62,942 nt of DNA, filler included, from Hausera hauseri (GCA_046269625.1; 13 parts of 13 records of this genome joined end to end with filler, not necessarily neighbours in it); one strand, 5' to 3'. Shown: positions 50,608-62,790, numbered from the whole stretch's first letter. Numbers and translations are program-made. The notes: generated by a model from the sequence alone, not told the origin.

Positions 50608-51655
50608 TCAACGACGACGAAAATGTAGCATCAAATGTTTAGTGGCTCCAAACAGAAATTTAATGGGTTCCAAAATTCTTCTACTATATACACGGAAATA
50701 TTGCACAACATTGTGAGAAAATAATAAATACATGGGCCGGATGATATTTACGTGAGTAGTTTAGTCTGGTGTTTTTACGTGTCCGAATCCAGTTAAATAG
50801 AAGCCTATAGTTGTTTACGGTCTCCACCAATATATACGGGTTCAGTTAGATCCGTTCAAATATTGATTCGATGAAATGCTGCGTAGACGTGGTTTGTGTT
50901 TAGTAACAATGGTCCGTCTGCCGCCGGTTTGACCAATTTCTCGTTTCCTAAAAAGCAGATTCCGTGCCAATAGTTCATCAAAGGCAAAATATGTAAAATT
51001 ATCATGTAGTGTAAACGAAATACGACCATCACAGTTTAAATCAAATGTCTTGAGAGCCAATTTAGCTACAACCTTGATGGATGAGCACAATTCTGTTTCC
51101 GTTTCCGTAAGAAAATCAGTTCCTGTTGTATGAGAGTAAAAGAATGATTCAGTCTTTTGCCAGTTCACTGTAATATCGGTGGTTTTCATGGTGTTTTCGG
51201 AAAAGTTCAATTTTTCACTAATTATACTCTATCCACCGAGTTGTAGACCTTTCGAGCGCACATTGACAGACTGAAGACCCCATGCCTGAGCGTCAGATAG
51301 TGATTTAAATTGCAATTCAATCGTATATTTGTGTTTTAGTACCAATCGATTGTTTAAATGAAAAACAAACCTCGAAATATTGCCGCTTGTTATTGCGAAC
51401 GTGAAATGTTCCATTAAAGTCTCGGACTAACTGCAAACGACTAGATGCAGGAGATTGTCTTACTAGGGTATAGTATATTCCACTGTTACGTATTATTATT
51501 GGTGAAAATATAAACGTGAATTCCGCTAAAGCCACTTCCTAGGCTCCCTGGCGTAAGTCGAGCGGCTGGTCCAACGCCATGGTAAACCGTTCAGCTGTAT
51601 TGTTGTTGTCATGTTCTGATAATTTATTACTATCAAGTACCAAATAAATGCTCAT
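50608..51655 (-). pseudogene. Second Polinton minor capsid (penton-like) gene, decayed
   Basis: MSIYLVLDSN..NNTAERFTMALDQPLDLRQGA*EVALAEFTF at the N-terminus and PVYIGGD...IKFLFG..MLHFRRR* at the C-terminus. Its ATG overlaps the upstream TGA (TGATG). Confidence 0.72.
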
Positions 51656-52500
51656 CACTCAATGCGATGGAAATATCCAACTCGGTGCAGTGTATCTGTG
51701 CCACTTGACGAGATATTGTTTATTCGAACCTTTGCCGCGTGGATGTAGAATCTACTGAATACGATACACATCAGGTTTTTCCGGTAGTACTTGTAGTTCC
51801 TGTTAGTAAAATTTGCCACGTATTTCGTCACCATTTTCATCTAAAACGTACATAACAGGTGTTTGTTTTGTGTTGATTGCTGAAATTCGGAAAACCTCGT
51901 CACTCCAGTTCTGATTGAAATTCTTAATGAATGGTGTACTCAGCTTTGAAATACGTACATAATCACTGATTTTATACTTGGGACGTTTAGTTGGTAGTCG
52001 TCGTTTTGTTCAGGTTTGGTAAAGCCACATGTCCAAATCATCGATTACATCCACTGGCCGTAATAATATCCGGCCGTAATAATAAGACCGCTGCAACGTA
52101 GGCATTGTAGTATTCGTTACCAAAATCCGTTTGAAAATGCTTCGGTTGTTGTTGTTGCATCAGTGTGAACGGCGTCGGAAATCTCTACCTGATTTAGATT
52201 TCACAGCAATTGCACGTGCAATACGACTGAACACATCAATGCATGTCAGCACGTACCGATACCCATCGTTAATGCTGGCGTACGGAATCATTTCCGTCAG
52301 ATCCATTTGCCATACGTTATTTACACCGGCAGCACAGTATGCATGAGTTGGAAACCGCCTTATCGGTTTGTTTAGGCTGTATGATAACTGTTTCCCGAGC
52401 CAACGTTGGGTCTGTTGCCGATTCTGTTTGACAATCTTTGTCAGTTTGTCGACGACAGTATACCCGACGGGATGACGCGAATCGAACCACGTCACCCATC
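51655..52500 (-). pseudogene. Polinton retroviral-like integrase
   Basis: YSLNKPIRRFP, WQMDLTEM..NDGYRYVLTCIDVFSR..VKSKSG, QTDFGNEY and FIKNFNQNWSDEVF. Frameshifts and a deletion. Confidence 0.88.
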
Positions 52501-52659
52501 GTTTCCGTCGGTGTTGTCGATGGTGTCGGTTTTGCTTTCATTACAACAATTTTAACGAAACCTAAATGAAAGATTCGGTAAACTGGGACAAAATGATGAA
52601 AACCAGGCACCCATATAGTAAATCACTATATACTTACCGTCATTGTTTATGCTATGCTG

Positions 52660-52970
52660 CTGAAGAACCAGAGTCTACCTAGTAATCACGTGACAAGCGG
52701 TAGAATTGCACCAAGGAATCCTCTGTCTTGTAAATGACCTCTCGTTTCAATCGTTTACTACGAATGTTGGAAAGGCCAATGAGTCGTTTTCGATACTTTA
52801 GTAAATTCCGCTTCGTACTATCAATGTCAACGTGACCCACAACGATATTGTATAAAATTTCCATCAAATTGTCTACTACAAACTGCGGGAATGATCGCAG
52901 CATGTTTCGCTTGTCTCGTAGGTGCATTGAGCAAAGCAATAATATATGGCTGACTACGCTTGAATCGCAT
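52660..52970 (-). pseudogene. Small basic conserved Polinton/adintovirus protein
   Basis: MRFKRSQPYIIALL..KRNML..VVDNLMEILYNIVVGHVDI..LLKYRKRLIGL..KREVIY matches the small Polinton gene usually found next to ATPase/integrase. Frameshifted. Confidence 0.55.
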
Positions 52971-53203
52971 TTCTTTTTTTGGACGTATTGGTGCTGATGA
53001 GACGTAATTGTTTATAACCGTTGCCACTGACTGTAATTTGCATCTAGTTGCTGCTGCTGTTGTTCGTAGCATAGAATTGATTAATCGCTTGAATGTAGCG
53101 GTGGTTCGTTTTGATACACGTTTCTTGCCACTGGACACCTGCTTGGTAGTAGATTGTTTACGTTTAACAATTGTTTTTCGGAAATTATTTTGTTTTATCA
53201 TAA

Positions 53204-53855
53204 TCATGTCGTCGATTTTCGAATTTGTTTATAGACACATTTCTGATTGAAAATGTCTGTTTGTACACGCATGTCATCGGGACACTTGCGTAAAGTTAGT
53301 GAACAATTATCCGTGTAGCTCGGTCGTGGCATCTTGATAGTTATCTATCAAGTAGGCTCGATTGTGAGGAAATGCTTGTCTTGCAACATAACCAATGATA
53401 GTCTGATCACGGGGATTTTTGAACAACACCAAATAGTGTACGTTAAGATTTTGTGTTCGATGCTGTTCGCCCTGATGGAACATGTTTTGCGTAATGAAAA
53501 TAACTGTCACACTACCGTGCCGTGCAATCTTCGTGAACAGATTGTTGAAGTCGGTTTGTATCATTGCCTCTTGAAGTAGTCCATGACAGTAACGCCACCG
53601 TTGCGTAATCGTTCAGACCAGTTCTCATCAAACCCATCAATTACCGTTTATAAAATTCCCAATGTGTCAAACCAGACTCTCCATCATCACCACTGCCTTG
53701 ATGCCAGTAAATGTGATTGAACAGCGGCGATTGGAATGTCACGGTAGTTCTGCAGCAATTTGCAAATAAAGTGCGTTTTGCCACTTCCACGGGCCTACAA
53801 TCTGGAAAATGGCACTATTCTTCAGCTTTATGTTGGTGATGCATTTCTCATACAT
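53204..53855 (-). pseudogene. Polinton FtsK/A32-like DNA packaging ATPase
   Basis: IFQIVGP/GSGKTHFI (frameshifted Walker A) and LFTKIARHGSVTVIFITQNMF..NVHYLVLFKNPRD. Confidence 0.88.
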
Positions 53856-53906
53856 TTTGTTTATAACACATACAAATGGGTGCAGCATGAACACTTTCAA
53901 TCAATC

Positions 53907-54323
53907 ATGATAGCCAATATCAACTTCTGCTGATATGTTACTTAGTGTATTATGCACTGCCGTTTAATCAATGGAAGCCGAGGCAGTATATCCACAAATG
54001 TCCACATGCATAATATTTCCATCGGGAAAGTGTCATATTATGGGTTGTCGGAAACCAATCACAAATGATAGACATCTACCATTCGGAATTGTCATTGACT
54101 AAATTCAATCAATAACGGTAACGACTCAGATTGCTCATCACCACCACCATCAATTAATCTGCACAAATTAGAAATGGCTACCGAATGTATTTATCAGCCC
54201 GAACTGTTTTGTGTAAATGTTTTGAGCAGTGGAAAAATTGTCGTATTGGGGATTCGTTCAATCAACAGAGACGACTATTAATCAAATTAAACACCACATA
54301 AGTGTTTTACTGAATCAAAGTAA
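53907..54323 (+). pseudogene. Miniature TBP-like gene (copy 2), divergent from the Polinton ATPase
   Basis: MIANINF..PFNQWKPRQY / IIFPSGKCHIMGCRKP..IQSITV / INLHKL..CIYQPELFCVNVLSSGKIVVLGI, homologous to 61449-61887. Stops and frameshifts. Confidence 0.72.
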
Positions 54324-54775
54324 TATACTCTGGCCAATGGACTNNNNNNNNNNNNNNNNNNNNNNNNNNNNNNNNNNNNNNNNNNNNTTAATTAATTAAN
54401 NNNNNNNNNNNNNNNNNNNNNNNNNNNNNNNNNNNNNNNNNNNAAATAATAATATGAATGTGGGTGTTTGTGCTAAAATACTTAGTTCATTAAAGACTTG
54501 AACAGAGGTAAGATAAGGATGTGTTTCATATTTTGTGGTCAGTATTCGTTTAGAGCTCGTAGCGTTAACATGTAGAATAGTCTTAGTGCATTGTTGCGAA
54601 ATAGTTAGTTGCTTAGTTTACAGTTTCGTAGTTTAGTGTTTTATAAGACGTAGACACTTTTAGTGCGTGTTTTAATGAATTAAATATCATCTGTGTTTAA
54701 TAACTATCTAAAAGCAATGTAAATAAATTCCTTGTTAGTAGTGACCTACTTCGGCGGCAGGCCAATAAACTCAGC

Positions 54776-56275
54776 ATGTCGTTTCTCATTCCTGAGTTTG
54801 AAGATGAGGATATAAATCCAAATACAAGTAAGAATTTTAGTTCAAATAGAGATATGGGTTCTCCAGATATAAATTTGGAAAATATAAGTAGTAATATGCT
54901 TAGAACTACGCTAGAGCAAATCCTCTTCAATGGGCTGAAGGAAGCACAGGAGAAACTGTCTCTAGCTGAAAATAATAATGCTAGTCTTAAAGTTCAGATA
55001 GAAGAACTTAATAAGCGGCTTTTTCTCTTAGAACAAAAGTCCGCCTCCAGTTCTAAAATACTTTCTGGCCCTTTAACACAAGAGCAAGAATGCTCCGATT
55101 TAAATAGTAAACGTAAAGAGGCTATGAATAAGGAGTTTTACACTGATGAGGAAGATTTAGAAAAAGAAACCGCATGGGTAAGAGCAGAGAGGAGGAAAGG
55201 TAAAAAAAGAAGGAAGACATCATCATCGTCTCCAGAACAACAATCTGTTTCGTTTACTTTAATACCAAATAACAATGCGGAAACTAGAAATAAAAACCAG
55301 GTGCAGAAGAAAAATCCTACACCACCCCCAATTATAGTAGAAGGAATTAATTCTTACTCCCAATTAAGAAAAATATTAGGAGAGTCTGAAACTGATTACC
55401 GAATTTCACTTATGTCTGGAGAGAAATTCAAAATAAATCCAGTAGATGGTGAAAAATACAGAGGAATTATTAAGAAATTGCAAGAAAACAACATACATGG
55501 ACATACATACGAAAATAAACAAGATCGCTCTATTAAGGTAATGGCTAAAAAATTACATCGATCTTGCGCACCTGAAGACATTATTAGAGACCTGAAAATA
55601 AAAGGTTATAAAATCATTGGAGCGGTAAATAAACAAAGTTGGAAAACTAAAGAAAAATTAGACATGTTTATCCTTGAATTCAATAATTCTGAAGATATTA
55701 AAAAAATCTATCAGATAAAAAACATATTAAATATGAAAGTTGAAATACATTCGTTGAAAGTAAATACCTTAATACCCCAGTGCAAAAACTGCCAGGGATA
55801 CGGACATACACAACGATTCTGCTTCCGAGATCCGAGATGCGTGAAATGTACTGGAAAACACCATTCCAAGGATTGTACAAAGAATGATAAAGATCAGGCG
55901 AAGTGTGTGCATTGTGGTGAAGCACATCCTGCTAATTATCGGGGGTGTATAGTAGCTAGAGAACTACAAAAAATGAGGCAAAAGCCCAACAAAATACAAA
56001 CAGAGGTGAGAAAAAATATGCCTGAAGTGAAACAGGGTAGTGCGACTCATATTAAAGTTTTCAATCCAGAAAGTCAACCGAAATCTTTTGCTGATATACT
56101 TAAAAGTAAAAACACTGAGAGGATATCAACAAGAGGTGAGGTAACGGAAATATCTACAGAGGATAAACTTCAACTTATCTTGTATGGACTGGAGAAAACA
56201 GAAACAGCTATCAGTAAATTGAATGAAAGAATTGTAAAGCTTGAAAAATCTATTCTTAAAGGTAACAATGGCTGA
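54776..56275 (+). CDS. Jockey-clade LINE ORF1 (gag-like nucleic-acid chaperone)
   Basis: PPPIIV, pre-C2HC region and three knuckles: QCKNCQGYGHTQRFC, CVKCTGKHHSKDC and CVHCGEAHPANYRGC. Confidence 0.93.
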   Translation: MSFLIPEFEDEDINPNTSKNFSSNRDMGSPDINLENISSNMLRTTLEQILFNGLKEAQEKLSLAENNNASLKVQIEELNKRLFLLEQKSASSSKILSGPLTQEQECSDLNSKRKEAMNKEFYTDEEDLEKETAWVRAERRKGKKRRKTSSSSPEQQSVSFTLIPNNNAETRNKNQVQKKNPTPPPIIVEGINSYSQLRKILGESETDYRISLMSGEKFKINPVDGEKYRGIIKKLQENNIHGHTYENKQDRSIKVMAKKLHRSCAPEDIIRDLKIKGYKIIGAVNKQSWKTKEKLDMFILEFNNSEDIKKIYQIKNILNMKVEIHSLKVNTLIPQCKNCQGYGHTQRFCFRDPRCVKCTGKHHSKDCTKNDKDQAKCVHCGEAHPANYRGCIVARELQKMRQKPNKIQTEVRKNMPEVKQGSATHIKVFNPESQPKSFADILKSKNTERISTRGEVTEISTEDKLQLILYGLEKTETAISKLNERIVKLEKSILKGNNG

Positions 56276-58767
56276 TATCAGAATATTACAGTGGAATGCT
56301 AACGGATTGTTGCGGAGACGAGAAGAACTGCAGTATACACTTGATTTAAATAAAATAGATATAGGGCTAATCTCAGAAACCCACTTCACAAAACAATCAT
56401 TTGTTAAATTTAATGGTTACAAGGTCTATCATGCGATACATCCAGATAACTGTGCCAAAGGAGGTAGTGCAGTAATAATTAAAGAAGGTATATGTCACAA
56501 CGAAGAAGAAAAATATGAAACGGAGGAGATTCAGGCGGCAGTGGTAACAATAAAAAGTAAACATCAAATGATAACGGTCGTTTCTGCATACTTTCCTCCA
56601 AGGCACTCTTTAAAGAAAAATCAATATAGTAATTTCCTTAAAAAGTTTGGAAACAAATTTATTGTTGGAGCTGACTTCAACGCCAAACATGTCAGTTGGG
56701 GATCAAGGATAACTACAGCGAAAGGAAAAGAGTTACATGCAGCTGCAACCGAGATGGGATGTTACTTTGTATCTACAGGAAGACCTACATACTGGCCAAC
56801 GGATACTAATAAAATTCCCGATTTATTGGACTTTTTTATTATAAAAAAAGTAGATATCAATTATCTAAGAGTTGAGGAAAGTTATGATCTCAGCTCGGAT
56901 CATTCGCCCATCATTCTGACAATAAGTGATAAGATCATAATGAAAGAGCAAAATCCGTTTTTAGTTAACAAGCGTACAGACTGGACTATATTTAAACAAC
57001 TTCTCGGAGATAATATCAACCTTAGAGTACCTTTACAAACAGAAGATCAACTGGATTATGAATTAGAAATGTTCATTACAAATATACAAAAAGCAGCCTG
57101 GGAGAGCACTTCTCCTATAAAAAGAGTAACAGAAGGAAAAAATTATCCAAAAGAAATTAGAAATATCATTGCAATTAAAAGAAAACTTAGAAAGCGGTGG
57201 CAACAGACTCGTGATCCCCGTGATAAAACTATTCTTAACAATATTACTCAGAGGTTACGAAGAGAAATAAAGATAATTAAAGAAGAATCTGTGAGTTTGT
57301 ATCTGGAACAACTTTCACATGAAAAAATTACTAATTATTCTCTTTGGAAACCTTTAAAAAAAATGAAAATGCCAATAATGCAAATGCCGCCGATAAATGA
57401 TGGTGATGGAAATTGGGCCCGGAGTAATGAACAAAAGGCAAAAACATTTGCTTGTTATCTTGAAAAAACTTTCCAACCGCATGAACAACTGGAAGGAGAG
57501 CTAGATTCAGAGTATGAAGAATACGATACAGTTTTAAAATTAACCACTCCAAATGAAGTCAGTAAGGAAATCAAAAACAACTTTAGCTGTCGTAAAGCAC
57601 CTGGCTATGATTTAATAACCGGAGAAATTTTAAAACAACTACCAAGAAAAGCAATAGTAAAGCTGACTTATATTATTAATGCTGTTTTCAGACTAAAATA
57701 CGTACCTTCACTTTGGAAAGTTGCAGAGATAATAATGGTGCCGAAACCCGGTAAACCTCCGAATGAAACAAGTTCCTACAGACCCATATCACTGTTGCCA
57801 GCTATGAGTAAGCTGTTCGAAAAAATTCTTCTAAAGCGGCTTAAACCAATTATAAGTGAGAAAGAATTGATACCTCATCATCAGTTTGGATTTAGATGCA
57901 ACCATTCAACTATTGACCAGGTGCATCGCATTACGGATGTAATTGAAACTACACTAGAAGAAGGAAACGTCTGTTCAGCTATGTTTTTGGATGTAGCCCA
58001 AGCATTTGATAAAGTATGGCATGAGGGCCTGATATATAAGATCAGGAAACTGCTACCTAGATCTTTTAGTAGAATCCTTCAATCTTATATATCGGATAGG
58101 TTCTTCAGAGTTAAGTATGAGGATGAATATTCAGATTTAAGACAGATAAAAGCTGGCGTACCACAGGGAAGCGTACTGGGTCCTACCCTTTATTTATTAT
58201 ATACTAGTGATATTCCATCACTTAATGATAGGACAATTGCAACGTTCGCTGATGATACTGCTATTTTAGCCGTGGGTAAAAATAGTGAAGAAGCAACGTC
58301 TAAACTTCAGGATTCAATCAACAAAATTGAAAACTGGACTAAGACTTGGAGGATTAAACTTAACGAAAATAAATCAGTTCATGTAAACTTTACTAATAAG
58401 AAAATAGAATACAAACCAGTATATATCAATGGGATGCCAGCACCTTATTCTAATACAGCTAAGTATTTGGGTATGACGCTGGATGCCAAGCTACGATGGA
58501 AGGAACATGTAAAGAAGAAACGGAAAGAACTTGACATCAAATACAAAGCCATGTATTGGCTCATGGGTAGAAAATCTGCATTATCTACCTATAATAAATT
58601 ACTATTATATAAACAAGTACTTAAACCGATCTGGACCTATGGAATTCAGCTTTGGGGCTGCACCAGACCGAGCAATGTAAAAATTATTCAAAGATTCCAG
58701 AACAAAGTACTAAGGAATGTCGTCGATGCTCCTTGGTACATACGAAATGACAACCTACATCGAGACC
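56268..58767 (+). CDS. Jockey-clade LINE ORF2 (AP endonuclease plus reverse transcriptase), intact to the contig end
   Basis: WNANGL, ISETHF, GADFNAKH and SSDH (APE). YRPISLL, QFGFR, LDVAQAFDKVWH, GVPQGSVLGP, FADD and YLG (RT). The ATG overlaps the ORF1 end. Confidence 0.95.
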
Positions 58768-58867
58768 NNNNNNNNNNNNNNNNNNNNNNNNNNNNNNNNN
58801 NNNNNNNNNNNTTAATTAATTAANNNNNNNNNNNNNNNNNNNNNNNNNNNNNNNNNNNNNNNNNNNN

Positions 58868-59225
58868 TCGAGAAACTCCCGATTACGCCAAAACTGTCAT
58901 TTTTGAAGGCTAAGAATTCACAAACACTGTGTGCCAAAGACAAAACGACAGTCATTCCCAGAAGATAAGGATTCGTGTCGAACAATGTTTTCTTTAGAGT
59001 ATCCTGTTCCTCATAGGATTCCTGAATCATATTCTCACCAAATACGCCACTGTACCATTTCGGCCGCGTTGTTTGAGCAGCATACTGCAACTTGAACAGA
59101 GAATTTGGTGAGAAAACAAGGTTTAATGGTAATTCTGTTGATGTTTCATTCAATGCTAAATAATCCTGTGCAAGATTCCAATAATCGTTCAGAAATATGA
59201 TTGGATAATATCTCATTTCTGACAT
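58868..59225 (-). pseudogene. CLPTM1: Intronless CLPTM1-like fragment
   Basis: YYPIIFLNDYWNLAQDY..NET..LPL, EEQDTLK..DTNPYLL and HSVCEFLAFKND, then a frameshift to QFWRNREFLE. Confidence 0.8.
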
Positions 59226-60101
59226 CATTTGTTTATTTTGTATAATGGGAATAAAATCCGAATGAGAATAAAATCCAAGAATAAAATCCACAACGAGAAG
59301 TAATACACGAAATTTATTTTTCAAAATTAAAAAAGAATTCAATATTTACAATAATGTATATTCTGAAAATGAGATGCTTTCGTAAACTTCATAAAACAAC
59401 ATGTTTTAACAATGTTCCACATAAATCGAACTCAGGTCAACCGTTATTTGCTTACAAGTAAATTCAAAAAGAGGAAACAAATCTAAACAAACAACAAAAA
59501 CTATAGTTTGCTTTGATATTTTTACGATAATTTAACTCACAAATACGTCGCTACCTTTCAAAATGTTTATTTGGAATATTTTCAATAATTATCTGAAAAT
59601 GCAACATTTACACTCCTTCATTTCCATTCGCAAAATATTCATCGTTTTCGGTACGTAGTGGGTTATCGACTGAACAGTCGTGAAAAACTGAAAATCGTAG
59701 CAATTTGTTGAGGTATTCAATTCCAATTGAACAGGAGAATCTGGGGAAAAGAGTTTCTCTGATTATGTAATCAGTGTGAACCAATTTCAAAAACGTAAAG
59801 ACACACGATCGAGAATTCAATATATAAAATTTAAGAACATTCCGAGGGAAATTCGAATTAATGGATTCAAAAAAAATATTCTGTGTTGAACTAACAGTTT
59901 TAGAATCTTTACTACTAAGTTTTCTATCTTGTTCATCATTGATTTGTCTTATTTAATCATGGCTACAAACCTTTCTCAATAAATGATCTTGTGGTAATTG
60001 TTTCTTTAATTTTCGTATCTATTTTGTTCAGAACCACGGCAATATGAATACAATCTTTTTATGGGGGGCCAATATCAATTTTGGTAAATCATTAACGATA
60101 T

Positions 60102-60983
60102 CTATTTGCAAAATATCTTGAACACATCCCTACGGTAGTTAAATGTCAGAAAGCAGATTATATTCCAGGTGAAAAAGGTTTCAGTGGACAAATTATCAAT
60201 GATACACTGCTTGCAATAATAGATTTCGTTTTTATCAATATTTTCACACTGTATATCACTTTTGTGATTGCCATAATGGGAACGATGATGTGTACATTGA
60301 CTAGAACATATTTCACAAACAGTAGTACATCTGTACCATGTCTTTGGTATGTCTAAACGCATGTTCTTGATATCTGTTTGACAGTTTATACACGCCTCAA
60401 TACATGAAAACATATCATTCAAAGAATGAGGATTTCCCCATTGAAACACCTCATTCAGTATCGATAAGATATCGTCTTTAGAATCAATCGCAATAGTTGG
60501 ATGATTATTGTTGTCGATCATAACGGAATTGTCGATGACGTTTGAATTGATAATCAAAACGTCATATTCGTATAACAACAGTTTTATGTGTGAATTTAAT
60601 TCCCGAGTTGTTTTGTATACTTTACTGCAATGTGTACATCGGTACAGATTCAAATTATCAGTATGCTGCATTCGGACATGCCTACTCAATGATGAAACCG
60701 AAATAAACTGCTGTTGGCATGCTATACAAACGAGATATCCATCGGTTCGCTTATCTCGACAACCGTTTTCATGGGTTTTCGAATGAGCCCAAAGAGACAA
60801 TTTCGCCGAAAATGCTCCATGGAAAACGTTAAAAATGAAATCTTTTTGAATTCTATGATCCACTCGAACGTGTTGAATCAATTCTTCAGAATTTTTCAAT
60901 TCTTTGTCGCAATTCGCGCAACCGTGATAGAAAAACGATTGTTGTGTGGATTTTTTATAACGACTAACGATCATCGCTTCATC
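60102..60983 (-). pseudogene. C2H2 zinc-finger protein with a Cys/His-rich C-terminal region
   Basis: CANC..HVRVDH, CIAC..HVRMQH and CTHC..H fingers, plus CEICSSQCTHH..H..H. Some fingers are damaged. Confidence 0.6.
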
Positions 60984-61448
60984 TGCTGGTTTTAAAAAGT
61001 GAAGCGTAATTTATAGTTTTCATTTGTTGATCAGTTAGGTTTTTGATGTAAAATCCACATTTGCTTTTTCGGATATTCACATTTCTCAAAGTTACTTTTG
61101 TCCATCTTTTCAACATATGGATATTGTTGGCTCATTAAATGGATCATCATCATCATTATCGTCAAACAAAATCACTGTTTCTTCCTGTTTGTTTACTTCT
61201 AAAATATATGTGTAATTATATTAAAAATTGGAAATTAAACAAACTTTTTGGTGTTGAAGCTATAGTTGGACAATCCACAAAACCGTATTGTGGAATTGGA
61301 TGCTGTTGTTGATACCCATAGTGTCCAAACATACTAGACTGGTATGACGGGAAATGCGAATAAGACATTTTAAGAAATGAAATGTTCTGAGGAAACATCA
61401 GTATTTATACTTTTTCATTCGAAAATCAACCAATCAGAATGCTCTGAG

Positions 61449-61887
61449 TCATATTGAAAGTAAAATGTATAATGAAATTGTATCAAGTATATGCTCATAG
61501 TCTAATGACTTTATTCCGGGATTAACAATTTTTCCTGTATGAAAAACATTAACATAGCGGATTGAATTCAGTTAGGCGTAATGCTGGAAATAATTCTGGT
61601 TCATATGAACATAGGACTTTTTGTGCCAAGTCATTCAGATTGATATTTTCATTCAGATTCATACATATAGTTAGAGACTGAAGTTTTTTTATTTTGATAT
61701 TTAGCGGTAAATCAGATTTCTCAATGGGTTTCTTACAACCCATAATACGACAACTGCCGCTTGGGAACATGACGATGTTGTAATCAGCATAATTAAGAAT
61801 ACACTGTCTTGGTTTCCATTCATTAAAATGGAGATATTGGACATTTTTTGCATCGTTATGCGCCTTATAATTAATATTAACTAACAT
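61449..61887 (-). pseudogene. Miniature TATA-binding-protein-like gene (copy 1), about 145 codons, frameshift near the 3' end
   Basis: VNINYK (TBP IQNIVST), MFPSGSCRIMGCK (IFSSGKMVCTGAK), INLNDLA (IRLEGL), SYEPELFPAL (SYEPELFPGL) and, after the frameshift, VNVFHTGKIV (IFVSGKVV). Confidence 0.78.
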
Positions 61888-61911
61888 TTTTAAAATGTCA
61901 CACTCATACCT

Positions 61912-61942
61912 CTATTTATATTTATTTTCAACAAATCAGAAT
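61912..61942 (-). promoter_or_regulatory. TATA box plus CCAAT-like element upstream of the TBP-like gene
   Basis: Minus-strand TATAAATAG about 25 nt before the ATG. TCAACAAATCAGAAT (61928-61942) nearly matches TCAACCAATCAGAAT (61426-61440), which lies upstream of the next ORF's TATA box. Confidence 0.5.
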
Positions 61943-62069
61943 ATAAACAAATTAATATATAAACAAAGTAATTCAGTTGAAAAGAAATAAAATGGATCAC
62001 TGCATTCGAGTTGATACTAATGAAAACGGTAAGGTTCCATATTGAATATTGAATATTGAATATTGATTT

Positions 62070-62790
62070 CCAATCCTGGGGGTCCGACATAGGATATTTA
62101 TATTGGCCCAGTGTGCTCACATCCCCTACTCAGATTACCCAAAATTTTATGCTAAATTTACCTGGCTCGATAGGCATATATTGTAAAAAGCTGCACCGAC
62201 ATTTTGTTAAAAACAATTGTTCATCTATGGTTACAAAACCGTGAGGAAAATAACATTTTTGACAATTGTTTATATCCTGCTCCCACACATCTCGAATAGC
62301 GTAAAACTTGTTACCCTGTTTTTTCTTGCATATGAAAATTTATTATCGAATCGCCAATATTGCTCAATGCACTGAAATATAGTTCAACTCATGGTATCAG
62401 TAAATATTGGTCTTCCATACTTCTTGACCCAAAATTTTACAAGTGGTTCATTTTTACCCTTCCGGACGCCCCTTTAAAGCGACAAACCAAAATAAGCTTT
62501 AAGTTCATCAACTGTCAGGCTGAAACGTTCATTATTTTGAACTATAGATACTGCTACAGTAAACTTAACGATACTGAAGAGGTTCTTATAATCAAATAAC
62601 GCAAGAAATACGTCTTCAACATCCTTCACTCTTGCCAGAATAAAACGTATGGGATCACCGTTTTCCGGAACCATATTGTGCACTGGAACTCTTCCAACAC
62701 AATTGCGGATTGACGGGTGCTTTGACCATTCATTTCCATATTTCCGTCTATAAATCATGAGATTATGAAATGGATTTGGAATTCATATTC
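62070..62790 (-). pseudogene. piggyBac (PGBD4-like) transposase, N-terminal half, decayed
   Basis: DELKAYFGL..GVRKGKNE..W..YGRPIF..TMS, RFDNK and FYAIRDVWE..NCQKCY..VTIDEQL..CRCSFLQYMP.EPGKFSIKFW. Confidence 0.85.
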
